Shown piece by piece: positions 48,602 through 59,350 of a stretch of 64,000 bases of DNA. The notes under the pieces were generated by a model, which saw nothing but the letters and a program-made list of their open reading frames with translations, searched no databases and was not told the DNA's origin. The position numbers and the translations under genes are program-made. The stretch comes from Acidobacteriota bacterium. Lineage in GTDB: Bacteria > Acidobacteriota > UBA890 > WLXD01. The DNA is taken from positions 32,001 through 96,000 of the forward strand of contig CAXWPL010000005.1 in NCBI GenBank assembly GCA_963666215.2, given 5' to 3'. Each line of letters opens with the position of its first letter. Within the stretch, counting starts at the first letter, position 1.

Positions 48602-51520
48602 GTGAGACTCCTGACTGCCGCGCGACGTTTCCGGCCGGGCCGGTGCCTGTTGGTGTTCGTCGCGGTCGCACTGGCTGGCAATACCGGGGCACTTCCGGCG
48701 AGCGCGGCGGCACAAGAGCGGCTGTCGATACCTCTGCGTCTCCAAGAGCCCGCCGGTATTGCGCGGAACTCCGAACCTGTGACCGCTGGGGTGCCGCTGC
48801 CACGCAGCGCCGCCCTGCGCGACGTGGGGACGCTCGGTCTGCTCGACGAGCGCGGGCGCGACGTCGCAGTGCAAGCCCGCGTCCTGTCGCGCTGGGACGC
48901 GCCTGTGGGCGACGAGCGGGCTCCGATTCGCTGGTTGCAACTGCATTTTCAGGCCGACGTTCCCGCACATGGCGTGCGCGCATTCCAGGTCGTTCGCCTG
49001 GACGCTGACGGCGCCTATCGCCCGCGCGCGCAGGTCGGCATTGCGAGCGCCGAGCGTGGCGGCGTTGTTGTGAGAACCGGCCCTCTGTCTTTTTACGTCG
49101 ACGACGGGCCGTTCCGGCTGCTCGATGCCGTCCAGCTCGACCTCGATGGAGACGGCCGCCCCGACGTCGAACCGCTGCAACGCGGACACACCGGCGGCGT
49201 TCAGATCGGCCGGGTTGACGGCACCATCTACGAGTCGCGGCTCGACACTGCGTCGCGCACGCAGGTGCGCGTCGAGGAGAACGGCCCCCTGCACTCCGTG
49301 GTTCGCGTTGACGGAATCTTTCACTCTGCTACCAACGCTCGGGCCCGGCGAGACGACGGTTCGGCGGCTCTCGAGCATCTCGAGTACACCGCTCGCATCC
49401 ACGCCTATGCCGGCAAGTCGTGGGTGCGCGTTTTCCTTGCCGTGCGCAACCCCGACCGTTTTCTCACCACCCGGCACAACAACGGCGGCGAGCCGCTCGA
49501 ACATCAATTCGAGAGCTTCGAGCTACGGCTGCCGCTATCGAGCGGAGATTCTCGAGGCACGGCGCTCGCAAGCATCGGCGGCGAGGCTGTAACCGAGCGG
49601 GAGTTCCCCGCCAAGCAACGCGTTCAGCCACTCATCTCCGAGGCGTCGCTCGAGCACGGCGAGGAGCTGAGCGTCTACCAGGATTCGAGCGGCGGGCCGA
49701 ATTGGCAGGATAGCGACGACGGCTCGTGGGGCACTCGATTCGCGGGCTACCGAATTCGGCACACCACCGACGCGGCAAACCAGGGCAGCCGCGGCGTTGC
49801 CGGCGCCGCACGGGAAGTCAGCACTGGTGCCCAGGCAAGCGGCTGGGCCAACCTCGAATTCGGCAGTTGGGGCGCCGCTATCGCCATGCGCCACTTCTGG
49901 CAGAACTTTCCCAAGGGACTGCGGGTCGGCGGCGATGGGACCCTGATCCTCGAACTGTGGCCGGCCGCCTGGAGCGACACACATCGACTCGCCGGTGGCC
50001 GCCAGAAAACGCACGAGATCCTGCTCGACTTTCACGGCGACGTACCCCCCGGCCCCGGCAATCCGGATCGCAGCGCTGTAGCCGTGGCGAGACGCGGTCC
50101 GGCCGACCTCTCCGCGAGCTTCGCGGAGCCTCTCTACGCCACCGTACCGCCCACCTGGACGCGCGAGTCTTTGGCTCTGGGACCGATTTCGGTGCGCTCG
50201 AGCCCGCACGGATCTCTGGGCAACGATCCACTGCTGACTCGACTCGAGGCCACTGCCGACGCCGCCGCCGGGTTAGCCAGCGGTGCCGACGGGGTTTATT
50301 CCGAGCGCAGCAAAACCGACGCCTACGGCTGGCGCAACTGGGGCGACAGCTACCGCGACGGCAGCAAGAGCCGGCGGTCGTTCGGCAACAACGAGTTCGA
50401 CTTCGCCTACGGCCTGCTGCTCGAGTACGTCCGCAGTGAACGGCCGGAGAGACGTTTCTTCGACCTCGCCGAGTCGATGGTGCGCCATCTATCGGATATC
50501 GACATCTACCACACCGACGAGGACAGCTCGGCGTACTCCCGAGGCATCAGGCAGCACGACTACAGCGGCGCCAGGAACCACAGCGCCGCCCCACTACTGA
50601 GCCATGCGTGGATCCGCGGACTGCTGACCTACTACCTGCTAACCGGCGACCGTCAGGCGCTCGAAGCCGCCCAGGAGGTCGGGGGCTGGATCGAGGGGAT
50701 GATCGACGACAGCGGCGAGCTCGACTTCAACAAACAAAGCCGCTCACAGGCCTGGGCGGCGCTAGCACTGACCGAGCTCTGGGAGGTCACCGGAATCGAG
50801 CGCTATCGCGAGCGCGCACGTAGCCTGCTGCGGGCCGAAATTGTCGACGAGCAGAGCCTGAGGGGCGCGCTCTACCCGTGCGCGGCGCTCGACTGGGAGG
50901 GCGAGCCTGGCGACGTTGCCAAGCACGAGGTAGCCATCTGGCACAACGGCTACGTTGCTGAAGCGCTCGGGCGCTATGCCTTCGATGTGCGTATGGCGGG
51001 CCGTCCAGACGGGGAAATCGAGCACGCCCTGTCCCGCTTGCTCGACGCAATTAGCCGCTGCGGCTTCGCCACCGACGCCAATGGGCTCTTTGTCGACGGC
51101 GACTCCAAGCGCGACAACTCCATCGGAAGCCGGCGCTACGCCGCCCTCGTCATCGACCGTCTGTACGACGACGGCACCTATCGCATGGAGCTGCCCAACA
51201 ACCATCTGCTAACCAACGGCTACGCCTACGGTGCTCTGCTGAGCGAGAGCCGCGAGCGCCAAGGCGAGTACTTGCGGATGGCATACGAGACCTGGCGCTG
51301 GACGATGGGGCCCACCAGCGCTCCGGGCGTACCACGTGATCCGCCGCGCTACTGCTGCCCCGCCACACCAGCCAAGAACGCCGCTATGCGCATGCGCTTC
51401 GGTCAGGTCTTCCTGTGGCTGGCGCAGAGGCTCGGTCCGAACGGTCTACCAACCAAGCCCAACACACCTGCACAGCGTTCCTGCAGCGAGCCGTCGAGCA
51501 CTTCGCTTCGATGGGAGTAG
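48602..51520 (+). CDS. Large secreted protein, exo-rhamnogalacturonan-lyase/YetA-like architecture; C-terminus runs into an IS481 remnant
   Basis: Signal peptide; PVTAGVPLP, VEENGPL, FWQNFPK, YGWRNWGD, NNEFD, RHLSDID, WIRGLLTYYLLTGD. Confidence 0.55.
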   Translation: MRLLTAARRFRPGRCLLVFVAVALAGNTGALPASAAAQERLSIPLRLQEPAGIARNSEPVTAGVPLPRSAALRDVGTLGLLDERGRDVAVQARVLSRWDAPVGDERAPIRWLQLHFQADVPAHGVRAFQVVRLDADGAYRPRAQVGIASAERGGVVVRTGPLSFYVDDGPFRLLDAVQLDLDGDGRPDVEPLQRGHTGGVQIGRVDGTIYESRLDTASRTQVRVEENGPLHSVVRVDGIFHSATNARARRDDGSAALEHLEYTARIHAYAGKSWVRVFLAVRNPDRFLTTRHNNGGEPLEHQFESFELRLPLSSGDSRGTALASIGGEAVTEREFPAKQRVQPLISEASLEHGEELSVYQDSSGGPNWQDSDDGSWGTRFAGYRIRHTTDAANQGSRGVAGAAREVSTGAQASGWANLEFGSWGAAIAMRHFWQNFPKGLRVGGDGTLILELWPAAWSDTHRLAGGRQKTHEILLDFHGDVPPGPGNPDRSAVAVARRGPADLSASFAEPLYATVPPTWTRESLALGPISVRSSPHGSLGNDPLLTRLEATADAAAGLASGADGVYSERSKTDAYGWRNWGDSYRDGSKSRRSFGNNEFDFAYGLLLEYVRSERPERRFFDLAESMVRHLSDIDIYHTDEDSSAYSRGIRQHDYSGARNHSAAPLLSHAWIRGLLTYYLLTGDRQALEAAQEVGGWIEGMIDDSGELDFNKQSRSQAWAALALTELWEVTGIERYRERARSLLRAEIVDEQSLRGALYPCAALDWEGEPGDVAKHEVAIWHNGYVAEALGRYAFDVRMAGRPDGEIEHALSRLLDAISRCGFATDANGLFVDGDSKRDNSIGSRRYAALVIDRLYDDGTYRMELPNNHLLTNGYAYGALLSESRERQGEYLRMAYETWRWTMGPTSAPGVPRDPPRYCCPATPAKNAAMRMRFGQVFLWLAQRLGPNGLPTKPNTPAQRSCSEPSSTSLRWE

Positions 51521-51843
51521 CGGTGCGCCGAGTGATGACAGACAACGGGCCTGGCTACGTCTCGAAGCGCTTCAATCGCCTATGCCATCAACTCGAGATC
51601 CGGCACATTTACACCCGGCCCTACACCCCCAGAACCAACGGCAAAGCCGAACGCTTCATCCGCACACTCAAGGAGCAGTGGGCCTACGGCACCTGCTACC
51701 AGACCTCAGCTCGACGTACTCGAGCTCTACGGCCCTGGCTCAACCACTACAATCGTCACCGTCCCCACGCCGGCATCGGCATGACACCGCCGATCGCTCG
51801 GCTCTCAGGGGTGAGTTCGTGAACAACCTACCTAGAACTCACA
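51445..51843 (+). mobile_element. IS481-family 3' remnant
   Basis: RVMTDNG, RPYTPRTNGKAERFI, YNRHRPH; right end GTGAACAACCTACCTAGAACTCACA then TCTAG. Confidence 0.85.
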
Positions 51844-51892
51844 TCTAGTGCGGATCGGCCGACCCGTCAACCGCCTTAACCACCAAAGTTCT

Positions 51893-52798
51893 CTACATCA
51901 TGCGGGCGAGGATTCTTTGCGACTGCTCGGAAGTCAGCGCTGGGTCGCGGAAGCAGAGAGGACCGCCGTCCTCGAGCACCGGTTCGCGGTCTTCAAGCGC
52001 TGGCTTTTGGTGCTCGAAGAACTGGCCGATGTAGATATCGTCGCCCCAGATCAGCGCCTTCTCGCAGGCGGCCTTCCAATCGCTCACGTCGTGGCCCTCG
52101 TCCTCGAGCTTGCGCACGCGAGGGCGGAAGAAGGCGTAGTCGTTGTCGTGGTTGAAGGTCACACAAGGACTGAAGATGTCGATGAGCGAGAAGCCTCGAT
52201 GCTCGATGGCCTTGCGCATGAGCATGGCGAGGTGCTTCGGATCACCCGAGTAGCCACGGGCCACGAATGTTGCTCCGGCCATGATCGCCGACGTGATGGG
52301 ATTGATCGGAGCCTCGACGTTGCCGAACGGGGTCGACTTGGTCTTCATCCCCTCGCGGCTCGTGGGTGAGACCTGGCCGGTGGTCAGGCCGTAGATCTGG
52401 TTGTTCATCACGAAGTAGTTGATGTCGATGTTGCGCCGCGCGATGTGGGTGAGGTGGTTGCCGCCAATCCCGTAGCCGTCGCCGTCACCGCCGGTGGCGA
52501 TGACCGTGAGCTCATGGTTGGCGAGCTTGGCTCCCGTAGCGTGCGGTAGCGAGCGTCCGTGCAGCGTGTGCATGCCGTACGCGTTGAAGAAGCCCGGGAA
52601 GTTCGACGAGCAACCGATTCCACTCACAACCAGCATGCGGTGGGGTTCGAGCCCCATTTCAGCGGCCACGCCGGCGAGCGTTTTCAGCACGCCAAAATCG
52701 CCACAACCGGGGCACCAGTCGGGCTCGACCTTGCCCTTGAAGTCCTTCGCGGTCAGCTGAACCATCGTCGAATCAGGCACGTCGGCCTCCTCGGGCAT
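51893..52798 (-). CDS. korB: 2-oxoacid:ferredoxin oxidoreductase beta subunit
   Basis: WCPGCGDF, SGIGCSS, HGR, GGDGDG, SPCVTFN; substrate not determinable. Confidence 0.9.
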   Translation of the reverse strand: MPEEADVPDSTMVQLTAKDFKGKVEPDWCPGCGDFGVLKTLAGVAAEMGLEPHRMLVVSGIGCSSNFPGFFNAYGMHTLHGRSLPHATGAKLANHELTVIATGGDGDGYGIGGNHLTHIARRNIDINYFVMNNQIYGLTTGQVSPTSREGMKTKSTPFGNVEAPINPITSAIMAGATFVARGYSGDPKHLAMLMRKAIEHRGFSLIDIFSPCVTFNHDNDYAFFRPRVRKLEDEGHDVSDWKAACEKALIWGDDIYIGQFFEHQKPALEDREPVLEDGGPLCFRDPALTSEQSQRILARMM

Positions 52799-52900
52799 CG
52801 CATTCGTTAGTCATCATATCTTGATCACTCGAGCTCACCGTTGACGCTTCCGGGTGTGACCGAGCGTCGTGGGTTTTCTGAGGCGCGACGTCGAACCGGC

Positions 52901-54730
52901 TCATACGACGATCTCCTGCTCTGGCACGAACACGCCGTCCGCGCCTACGTCGCCGGCCAGGTGCTCGAGCACGCCGGCCACGATGTGATGCGGCTGGAAG
53001 GGCTCACCGTCGTACTTGCGGATGTGGCCATCGGCGGAAAATCCGGTCTCGCTGCGCAGGTAGCGGGCGAACTGGCCGGAGAAGTTGTTCTCGACGATGA
53101 GCGTCTTGGCTGCTCCGCCTAACGCCGCCATCACGGCCTTGCCGTCGAACGGCACGATCCACTTGATCGACAGATGATTGGCGCTTGTGCCCATCACGGC
53201 GAGTTGGCCGATCGCCTCCTGGATCACGCCGTGGGTCGAGCCGAAGCCAATCAGAGTTACGCTGGCGTCCGACTCCCCCTCGAGCGCTGGCGTCTCTAGC
53301 ATCTTCAGAACATCGTCCATCTTGCGGGCGCGTTTCTCGACCATCGCGCGCCGCTTGTGAGGGTTGGTGTACTCGTCGGAGATCAGCACGCTGTCCTCGT
53401 CGTGCTCGTCGGTGGCGACAACATGCACGTAGCCCGGCACGCCCGGGATGGCCCGTGGCGAGATTCCCGATTCGGTCATCTCGTAGCGCTTGTAGCCCGC
53501 GCCCTCGCGAGTGGCCGGGTCTGCGGGACCGTCACCGTCGTTGGCTCGGCCTTCGGTGATCAGCAAACCGCGATTGATCTCCGGCTGCATGTTGATGTCG
53601 GCGGGATCAACGCTGAACGTGCCCTCGGAAATCAGCAAGTCCGAGAGCAACATGCCCGGGCACTGGCAGTGATCAACGAGATCGAACAGCTCGGGAACCG
53701 TGTTGTAGGCATCGAGCGCGTCGCGCGGCGCAACGATGAACTTCTCGAAATCCCCCTGGCTCGCACCCAGCATCTGCCAAAGGTCGGCCTGCTCTGTCTT
53801 CGTGGGAACTCCTGTCGAGGGACCGGCCCGCATCACGTTGATGAAGACCACCGGAATCTCCATCATCGCCGCGGCGCCCACCGCCTCGGTCATCAGAGCG
53901 AAGCCGCCGCCGGCAGTGGCGCACATCGAGCGTACGCCCGCATGGGCAGCACCAATCGCCATGTTGGCGACGCTGATCTCGTCCTCCACCTGGCGCACCA
54001 TGATGCCGCACTCGTGGGCGTTCTTGGCCATCCAGTGCAGCACCCCCGTCGCCGGGCTCATTGGGTAGGCACAGTAGAACTTCACGCCCGCCGCGGCGCC
54101 GCCCATGGCAAGCGCTTCGTTGCCTGTCCACACGGCCTGGGGCGTGCCGAGCTGCGGAATCGGCGTCGGGAACGACTCGAAGTTCGCCTTGGCGTAGTCG
54201 TAGCCAGCGCGGGCGACGTCGACGTTCTGCTTGACCACCTCGTCCCCCTTCCGTCCGAACAGCAGCCTCAGACCGTCCTCGAGCACATTGAAGTCGATTC
54301 CCAGCAGCGCGTTGATCACACCCACCGCGATCGTGTTCTGGATGAGCTTGTTGGTGCTGCCGTCGGCCAGCTCCTTGACCGGGACACCGCACATCCCGAC
54401 CCCATCGTGAGCCGGGGTGCCGGGCGCGATGGCGTCGCTGTTGAACACGACGCGTGTGCCGTCACCCATGTGGCGCAGATGGCGATCCATCGTGTCTTGG
54501 TTGAGGCACACGAGTAGATCCATCTTGTCGCCATGCGTGGCCACCGGCTTGTCGCTCACGCGCAGCGTCAGGAAGATGTGTCCGCCGCGAATAATCGACT
54601 GGTAGGCGTTGTAGGCGTACAGGTGAAGGCCGCGCCTGACGATCGTCCGAGCGATCAAGTTTCCGGGCGTCGCGATGCCCTGCCCGGCGGCACCGCCGAT
54701 CGCGATCGCCAGGTCGTAGGTGTTCGACAT
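52901..54730 (-). CDS. korA: 2-oxoacid:ferredoxin oxidoreductase alpha subunit
   Basis: GGAAGQG, IRGGH, YPMSPA, EDEI, RAGPSTGVPTKTEQ. Confidence 0.9.
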   Translation of the reverse strand: MSNTYDLAIAIGGAAGQGIATPGNLIARTIVRRGLHLYAYNAYQSIIRGGHIFLTLRVSDKPVATHGDKMDLLVCLNQDTMDRHLRHMGDGTRVVFNSDAIAPGTPAHDGVGMCGVPVKELADGSTNKLIQNTIAVGVINALLGIDFNVLEDGLRLLFGRKGDEVVKQNVDVARAGYDYAKANFESFPTPIPQLGTPQAVWTGNEALAMGGAAAGVKFYCAYPMSPATGVLHWMAKNAHECGIMVRQVEDEISVANMAIGAAHAGVRSMCATAGGGFALMTEAVGAAAMMEIPVVFINVMRAGPSTGVPTKTEQADLWQMLGASQGDFEKFIVAPRDALDAYNTVPELFDLVDHCQCPGMLLSDLLISEGTFSVDPADINMQPEINRGLLITEGRANDGDGPADPATREGAGYKRYEMTESGISPRAIPGVPGYVHVVATDEHDEDSVLISDEYTNPHKRRAMVEKRARKMDDVLKMLETPALEGESDASVTLIGFGSTHGVIQEAIGQLAVMGTSANHLSIKWIVPFDGKAVMAALGGAAKTLIVENNFSGQFARYLRSETGFSADGHIRKYDGEPFQPHHIVAGVLEHLAGDVGADGVFVPEQEIVV

Positions 54731-54888
54731 CAAGGTCTCCGATCTTGCTTCGTGAAGTTCGATCTTCGCGTACGTCGCGCTTCGTCTGGTTTGGTTACTT
54801 GGTCATTTCTTCTGAGGGCCGACAGGCCACCGATTCGCCTCGGCGCAGTTGTCCGCGCAGCTGTCCGCGACGCAATTGTCTCTCGGCC

Positions 54889-55980
54889 TCACCCGGATGG
54901 CAACGTGGGTTCGGCTGATCGCGACTCGGCTCGAACGTCGCGGCACGTTCTCGACACCCAACGGAGCGCGGCCAGGATGGCGCATGCATACGTCAAAGCC
55001 GCCAGAGTGGCTACCGCTGGCGGCAGCCGCGACACCCTCCAGCCGAGCACAGCCGCCGCGATGGCCACGATCCAGAGCAAACGCGCCGTCGCCGCCATTC
55101 CGAAGCGTCGGGCCAGCTTGTGGGCAACGTGGTCTGACCCGCCGCCGACGAACGGACTGAAGCCACGGCGAAGCCGACCGACGACAACGAATCCCGTGTC
55201 GGCGAGTGGCACCGACAGGATGAGAAGCGGCGCGATCCAGCTGCTTGCCGGATGATCGCCAGGCTGCCGAGCTGCGATCCCCAGGACCGCCAGGCACATA
55301 CCGATGGGCAAACTGCCCGCGTCGCCGAGAAAAACGCGTGCTGGGGCGACGTTGTAAAGAAGAAAGCCGATGCAGGCGCCCGCGAGAACCGCACCCAGCC
55401 GTTGCGCCAGCTCACCCCCCGGCGCCGACGACAGGGCAACGAAACCGAGCCCGGCGATCGCCGCCACCCCAGGGGCAACGCCATCGCTGTTGTCGAGCAG
55501 GTTGAGCGCGTGAGTGATCGTCAGAATCCAGAGTAACGACAGCACCCAGGCCAGCCAGGCGGGCAGCGGCAAGCTCACGCGGACGCCCATCCCGACCAGC
55601 GCCCCGGCGGCGACGAACGTGGCGCCGAGCTTGGCCCACGCTCGCAGACGCGCGTGGTCGTCCCACACTCCGATCGCGCACATTGCTGCCCCGAGGCCCA
55701 CGATTACCCCTACAACCCCGCGTTCGCGCGCCGGTGTGATGGCGGCCATCGCCACGGCCACGGCCGTCCAAACCGCGACCCCTCCCAGTAGCGGGATTCC
55801 CGCTGACTCCTCAACTGCCGTTGCCGCGACCGGTCGCTGGGTGCCGCCAATCACGACGGGCCTGTCGCATGCACCCGACCGGTCCACCACGCCGAGTCGT
55901 CGTGCCAGGGCGGCGAACAGTGGCGTGAGCAGCAGCGAGAGCCCGCACGCCGCCAGCAACCCGGTAACCTGGTCGCTCAT
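54889..55980 (-). CDS. WecA/TagO-like undecaprenyl-phosphate sugar-1-P transferase (MraY family)
   Basis: IPLLGG, GVWDD, LNLLDNSDG, VFLGDAGS, DHVAHKL. Confidence 0.88.
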   Translation of the reverse strand: MSDQVTGLLAACGLSLLLTPLFAALARRLGVVDRSGACDRPVVIGGTQRPVAATAVEESAGIPLLGGVAVWTAVAVAMAAITPARERGVVGVIVGLGAAMCAIGVWDDHARLRAWAKLGATFVAAGALVGMGVRVSLPLPAWLAWVLSLLWILTITHALNLLDNSDGVAPGVAAIAGLGFVALSSAPGGELAQRLGAVLAGACIGFLLYNVAPARVFLGDAGSLPIGMCLAVLGIAARQPGDHPASSWIAPLLILSVPLADTGFVVVGRLRRGFSPFVGGGSDHVAHKLARRFGMAATARLLWIVAIAAAVLGWRVSRLPPAVATLAALTYACAILAALRWVSRTCRDVRAESRSAEPTLPSG

Positions 55981-57893
55981 CGCGGCTCGGGCTCGGGCGC
56001 CGGTTCTTGCGAGCCAGGCACATCGTCCAGTGCCTGGCTCTGTGAGCTGATCTCGATCTCGAGCTGTTGCACACGGCGTTCGAGAACCCGGCGCTCTGGC
56101 ACCGTCACCGACCTGGCCAGCGCGGCCTGGAGCTGCTGCAGCGCGCGCGCGGACTGGCCCAGGCGATAGAACAGCTCACCACGCGCTCGGAATCCGACCG
56201 ACGACTGGGGCCGCAGCAGGCTCAGCGCCTCGGCGGCCCGCAACGCGCGCCGCAGCTGTCCAGCTCGGGTGAAATGGCCGACCAGTGCGCTGTAGGCACT
56301 CGCCGAATCGATCCAGGCCGGCAACCGACCTCCCAGCTTCGACAGCCCGTCGACGCTCACGACTCCGGTTCCGAGCCACTCGATGTCGAGCAGCTGTTCA
56401 GTCTCGAGGTACGTGCGCCCATCGTTAGGGTTCAGCCGCAGGGCGGTCTGGAGATGCGCACTGGCCAAAAGTCGATCGTCGCGTGCGAGCGCCAGGCGAC
56501 CGAGCTCTCTGGCCACCGAAGCCGAGCTCGGCTGCAGGGTACGCGCGATCTCCAGATTGCGGGCTGCCTCGCCGAGCCCTTCCGACCCTGCATCCACGCC
56601 GGCAGCGATCTGCAGGCGGGCAAGCTCGAGATAGGTACTTGGATCCAACGGCTGCAGGTCAACGGCGTGGGCAAGCGCCGCCATTGCCCGATCGCGATTC
56701 GCGCGACGCTCACGCCCAGTGGGCAGCCAACGCGTCCTGCGGTCGAGCAGGTTGGCCATCGACGCCCAGTACACCGCCTCCCTGGGCTGAAGATCGAGCG
56801 CCAGCTGCTCGAGAGTGACGGCGTGCGCCACGACCGGCGGATCGCCGCTATCGGAGAGGGACATCGCCTGCGCGTGCAACACGTCGGCGCGAACTGACCT
56901 GAGCGGCCCCCAGCGTGGCAGTAGCCAGCCAACAAACAAAATCAGAGCCGTCATCGCGACCGAAGCGACGACACGGCTCAGCGACGCCCTCAACCGCTGG
57001 CGGGCCTGGCGAACCTGCATGCTACTCAACACCAGACCGAGACCGAGTGTGAACAGCAGAAGTAGAGCCTGGTGGCGGTCGAACACTCGTGAGGCACCGA
57101 CTGCCGCTCGTACGATGTCAGCCTCGGCGCCGGCCCCATCGATCGCGCGGAGCTGCATCGCGTGCCAGGCAGTGTAGCCGCCTAACGCGATCGCCGCCGA
57201 AGTCGCCGCTGTCGATGAACGGATCGATCTGCTCCATTGTGTCGGACGCGGCGCCCGAGCCGACACAGCGGCGCCACGCCACCACGCGATCCAGCCCCAC
57301 GCCACGAACAGTGACGCCAAAGGCACAGCGACAACCGCCAGGGAAACGCCAAACACCGAAGGGAGCCGCAGAGCGAACACGAGATTGGCCGCGATCATCG
57401 CAACAACCAGTCCTTCGGCCACGGCGCTCGGCCGTCCGCGGTCGACCGCGCGTTGACGGTCAAGGGCGAAAAGAACCCGCCGGCCATGACGGCAGCCCGC
57501 CGAAGAGCTCGCCACAGCAACCACGACGCCGAGCAAGACCCACCGATAGAGTCGGTCTGTTGTCACCGTCACACCCAGCTGAGCGGCGATCAGGTGTCCG
57601 AGCAACGCTCCGCCGACGAGGCACACCAGTCTGCGCTCGTAGCTCAGAGCGCCCAAATCGCTCAGACAGGCGAGACCGGGGATGCGGCGCTGCCGAACGT
57701 CGGAGACTTCGGGAGGCGCTTCCGACATACCCGTGAGGATCATGCAAATTGAAAGCACAAAGAACGCGGCGATAACACCGGCCACCGCACCGATAGGGAC
57801 GAACGACGCTCCAACCCCTGCATACAACGCGGTGCCGCCTTGCGCATGTTGCTTCGCGGCGCCGCGCTCGCCATCGCATCCGACCTGACGCAC
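55977..57893 (-). pseudogene. Membrane + TPR protein, probably the 3' part of an O-antigen-ligase-TPR gene
   Basis: TM helices including LLGHLIAAQLG..RLYRWVLLG, then TPRs; no convincing start; abuts a GT4 stub. Confidence 0.5.
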
Positions 57894-57914
57894 GAGATGC
57901 TGCTCGAAGCCGGC

Positions 57915-58014
57915 TCGGCTGACCCGCCGCCTGCGCGCCGGCCAGAAGGCGTACGTGGTGCTCGATCCCGCCGAACACCGGTGGGTAGTCCTTGAAGACG
58001 TGGAGGATCCGCAC
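57915..58014 (-). pseudogene. GT4 N-terminal stub
   Basis: MRILHVFKDYPPVFGGIEHHVRLLA, then similarity is lost after ~32 codons. Confidence 0.75.
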
Positions 58015-58016
58015 GA

Positions 58017-59177
58017 TCAGGATTCCGAGCCTGCGGGTCGCGAACGGAGGGCGTCCTCGTAGGCTTCGAGCGAGCGGCGAGCCACTTCCGCCCAGCTCCC
58101 CTTCGCTGCGCGCTCCCTTCCCCGCCGAGCGAGCGCCGCGCGACGCCCATCGGCAGCCAGAAGGCTGGCCAGAGCGCTGGCGAGAGCGTCGCTCGAACGT
58201 GGGTCGAAGACCTCCGAGACCTCGCCCAGGACTTCGTCGAAGACGGCGATCGATGAGCGCAACACGGCCGTGCCACTCGCCATCGCCTCGAGCGCGGGGA
58301 ATCCGAAGCCCTCCTGAAGCGAGGGCATGATGAACAGAGCGGCTCCGGAATAAGCAGCCCGCAGCTCAGCCTCGCTCAGCACTCCGAGCAGCACGACGCC
58401 TGCGCGCTCCGCTATCGCCTGCTCTTCACGCCGAATGGCGCCAACGATCACCAGGGAATGACCGCGGCGCGTCCTGGTATCCAACGTCGCCCAGGCCCCC
58501 AACACGCTGCCGATGTTCTTGTGCCGGCGCACGTTTCCGAGAGTCAGCACATACCGCTCTGGCAAGTCGAGCCCTCGATTGCCCTCGACACCGTGCTCCG
58601 CCAGGAAGCGCGGATCAACTGCGGCAGATGTGACGCGCAGACGATCGCGCACGCCCGGACGGTAGCGGAGCAACTCGCGTGCGGTCGAGGCTGACAACGT
58701 CAGCAACGAGTCCGCGCGTCGCAGCACGGCGTTCAGCAAGAGCCGATACGCCTGCCTCCGCAGGCCGCCCAGTCCGAACGCGCGGTCGAGCGCGACAAGG
58801 TCATACACGGTAACTGCCAGCGCACACTTGAGCCTCAGCGGCGCCATCAGGAAGGGAACGTGCAGGAGATTCCAGCCGTGCCGGCGCGCCAAGTGCGGCA
58901 TCTCGCGCTGCTCGAGAACGGTGCGCGTAGGGCAGTTGGTGGGAAGCGTTCGGACCCCGGCGTCAGCGAGCTCCTCGAGGTCGTAGCGCGCGCTCCAACG
59001 GCTGGGGTCGTAGAGAAACTGCAGCTGCAAGCTCTGGGGAAGCTCGGCGAGAGCGAGCGCGAGGTTGAACGTATAGCGCGCAATACCCGGGTATCCATCG
59101 GCAACGTATCGCCCATCGAGGCAGACGCGAGCGGAGACGGCCGGATGTTTCCTCCGAGGTTGCCGATTACCGCCCAA
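58017..59177 (-). CDS. GT4 glycosyltransferase (MtfB/WbaZ-like)
   Basis: GIARY, VTVYDL, HKN, PSLQEGFGFPALEAMASG. Confidence 0.9.
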   Translation of the reverse strand: MGGNRQPRRKHPAVSARVCLDGRYVADGYPGIARYTFNLALALAELPQSLQLQFLYDPSRWSARYDLEELADAGVRTLPTNCPTRTVLEQREMPHLARRHGWNLLHVPFLMAPLRLKCALAVTVYDLVALDRAFGLGGLRRQAYRLLLNAVLRRADSLLTLSASTARELLRYRPGVRDRLRVTSAAVDPRFLAEHGVEGNRGLDLPERYVLTLGNVRRHKNIGSVLGAWATLDTRTRRGHSLVIVGAIRREEQAIAERAGVVLLGVLSEAELRAAYSGAALFIMPSLQEGFGFPALEAMASGTAVLRSSIAVFDEVLGEVSEVFDPRSSDALASALASLLAADGRRAALARRGRERAAKGSWAEVARRSLEAYEDALRSRPAGSES

Positions 59178-59256
59178 ATCTCAGAGTGCTCCCCGGTGAA
59201 CAAGCTGGCCACGGCCAGGCAACTGGCCCTGGGCCGGCATGATCACCTGCGGTTTC

Positions 59257-59271
59257 CTTACGATTCTTTAC
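59257..59271 (-). promoter_or_regulatory. CpxR-type box
   Basis: Minus strand GTAAA-GAATC-GTAAG, between the divergent GT4 and the response regulator. Confidence 0.6.
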
Positions 59272-59350
59272 CTTCGGACCTCGCTGCCAACGTCCGCGGC
59301 TCTGCTAGGCTCAATTGAGCACAACTACGGTCGGGCGAGCACACTACGAC

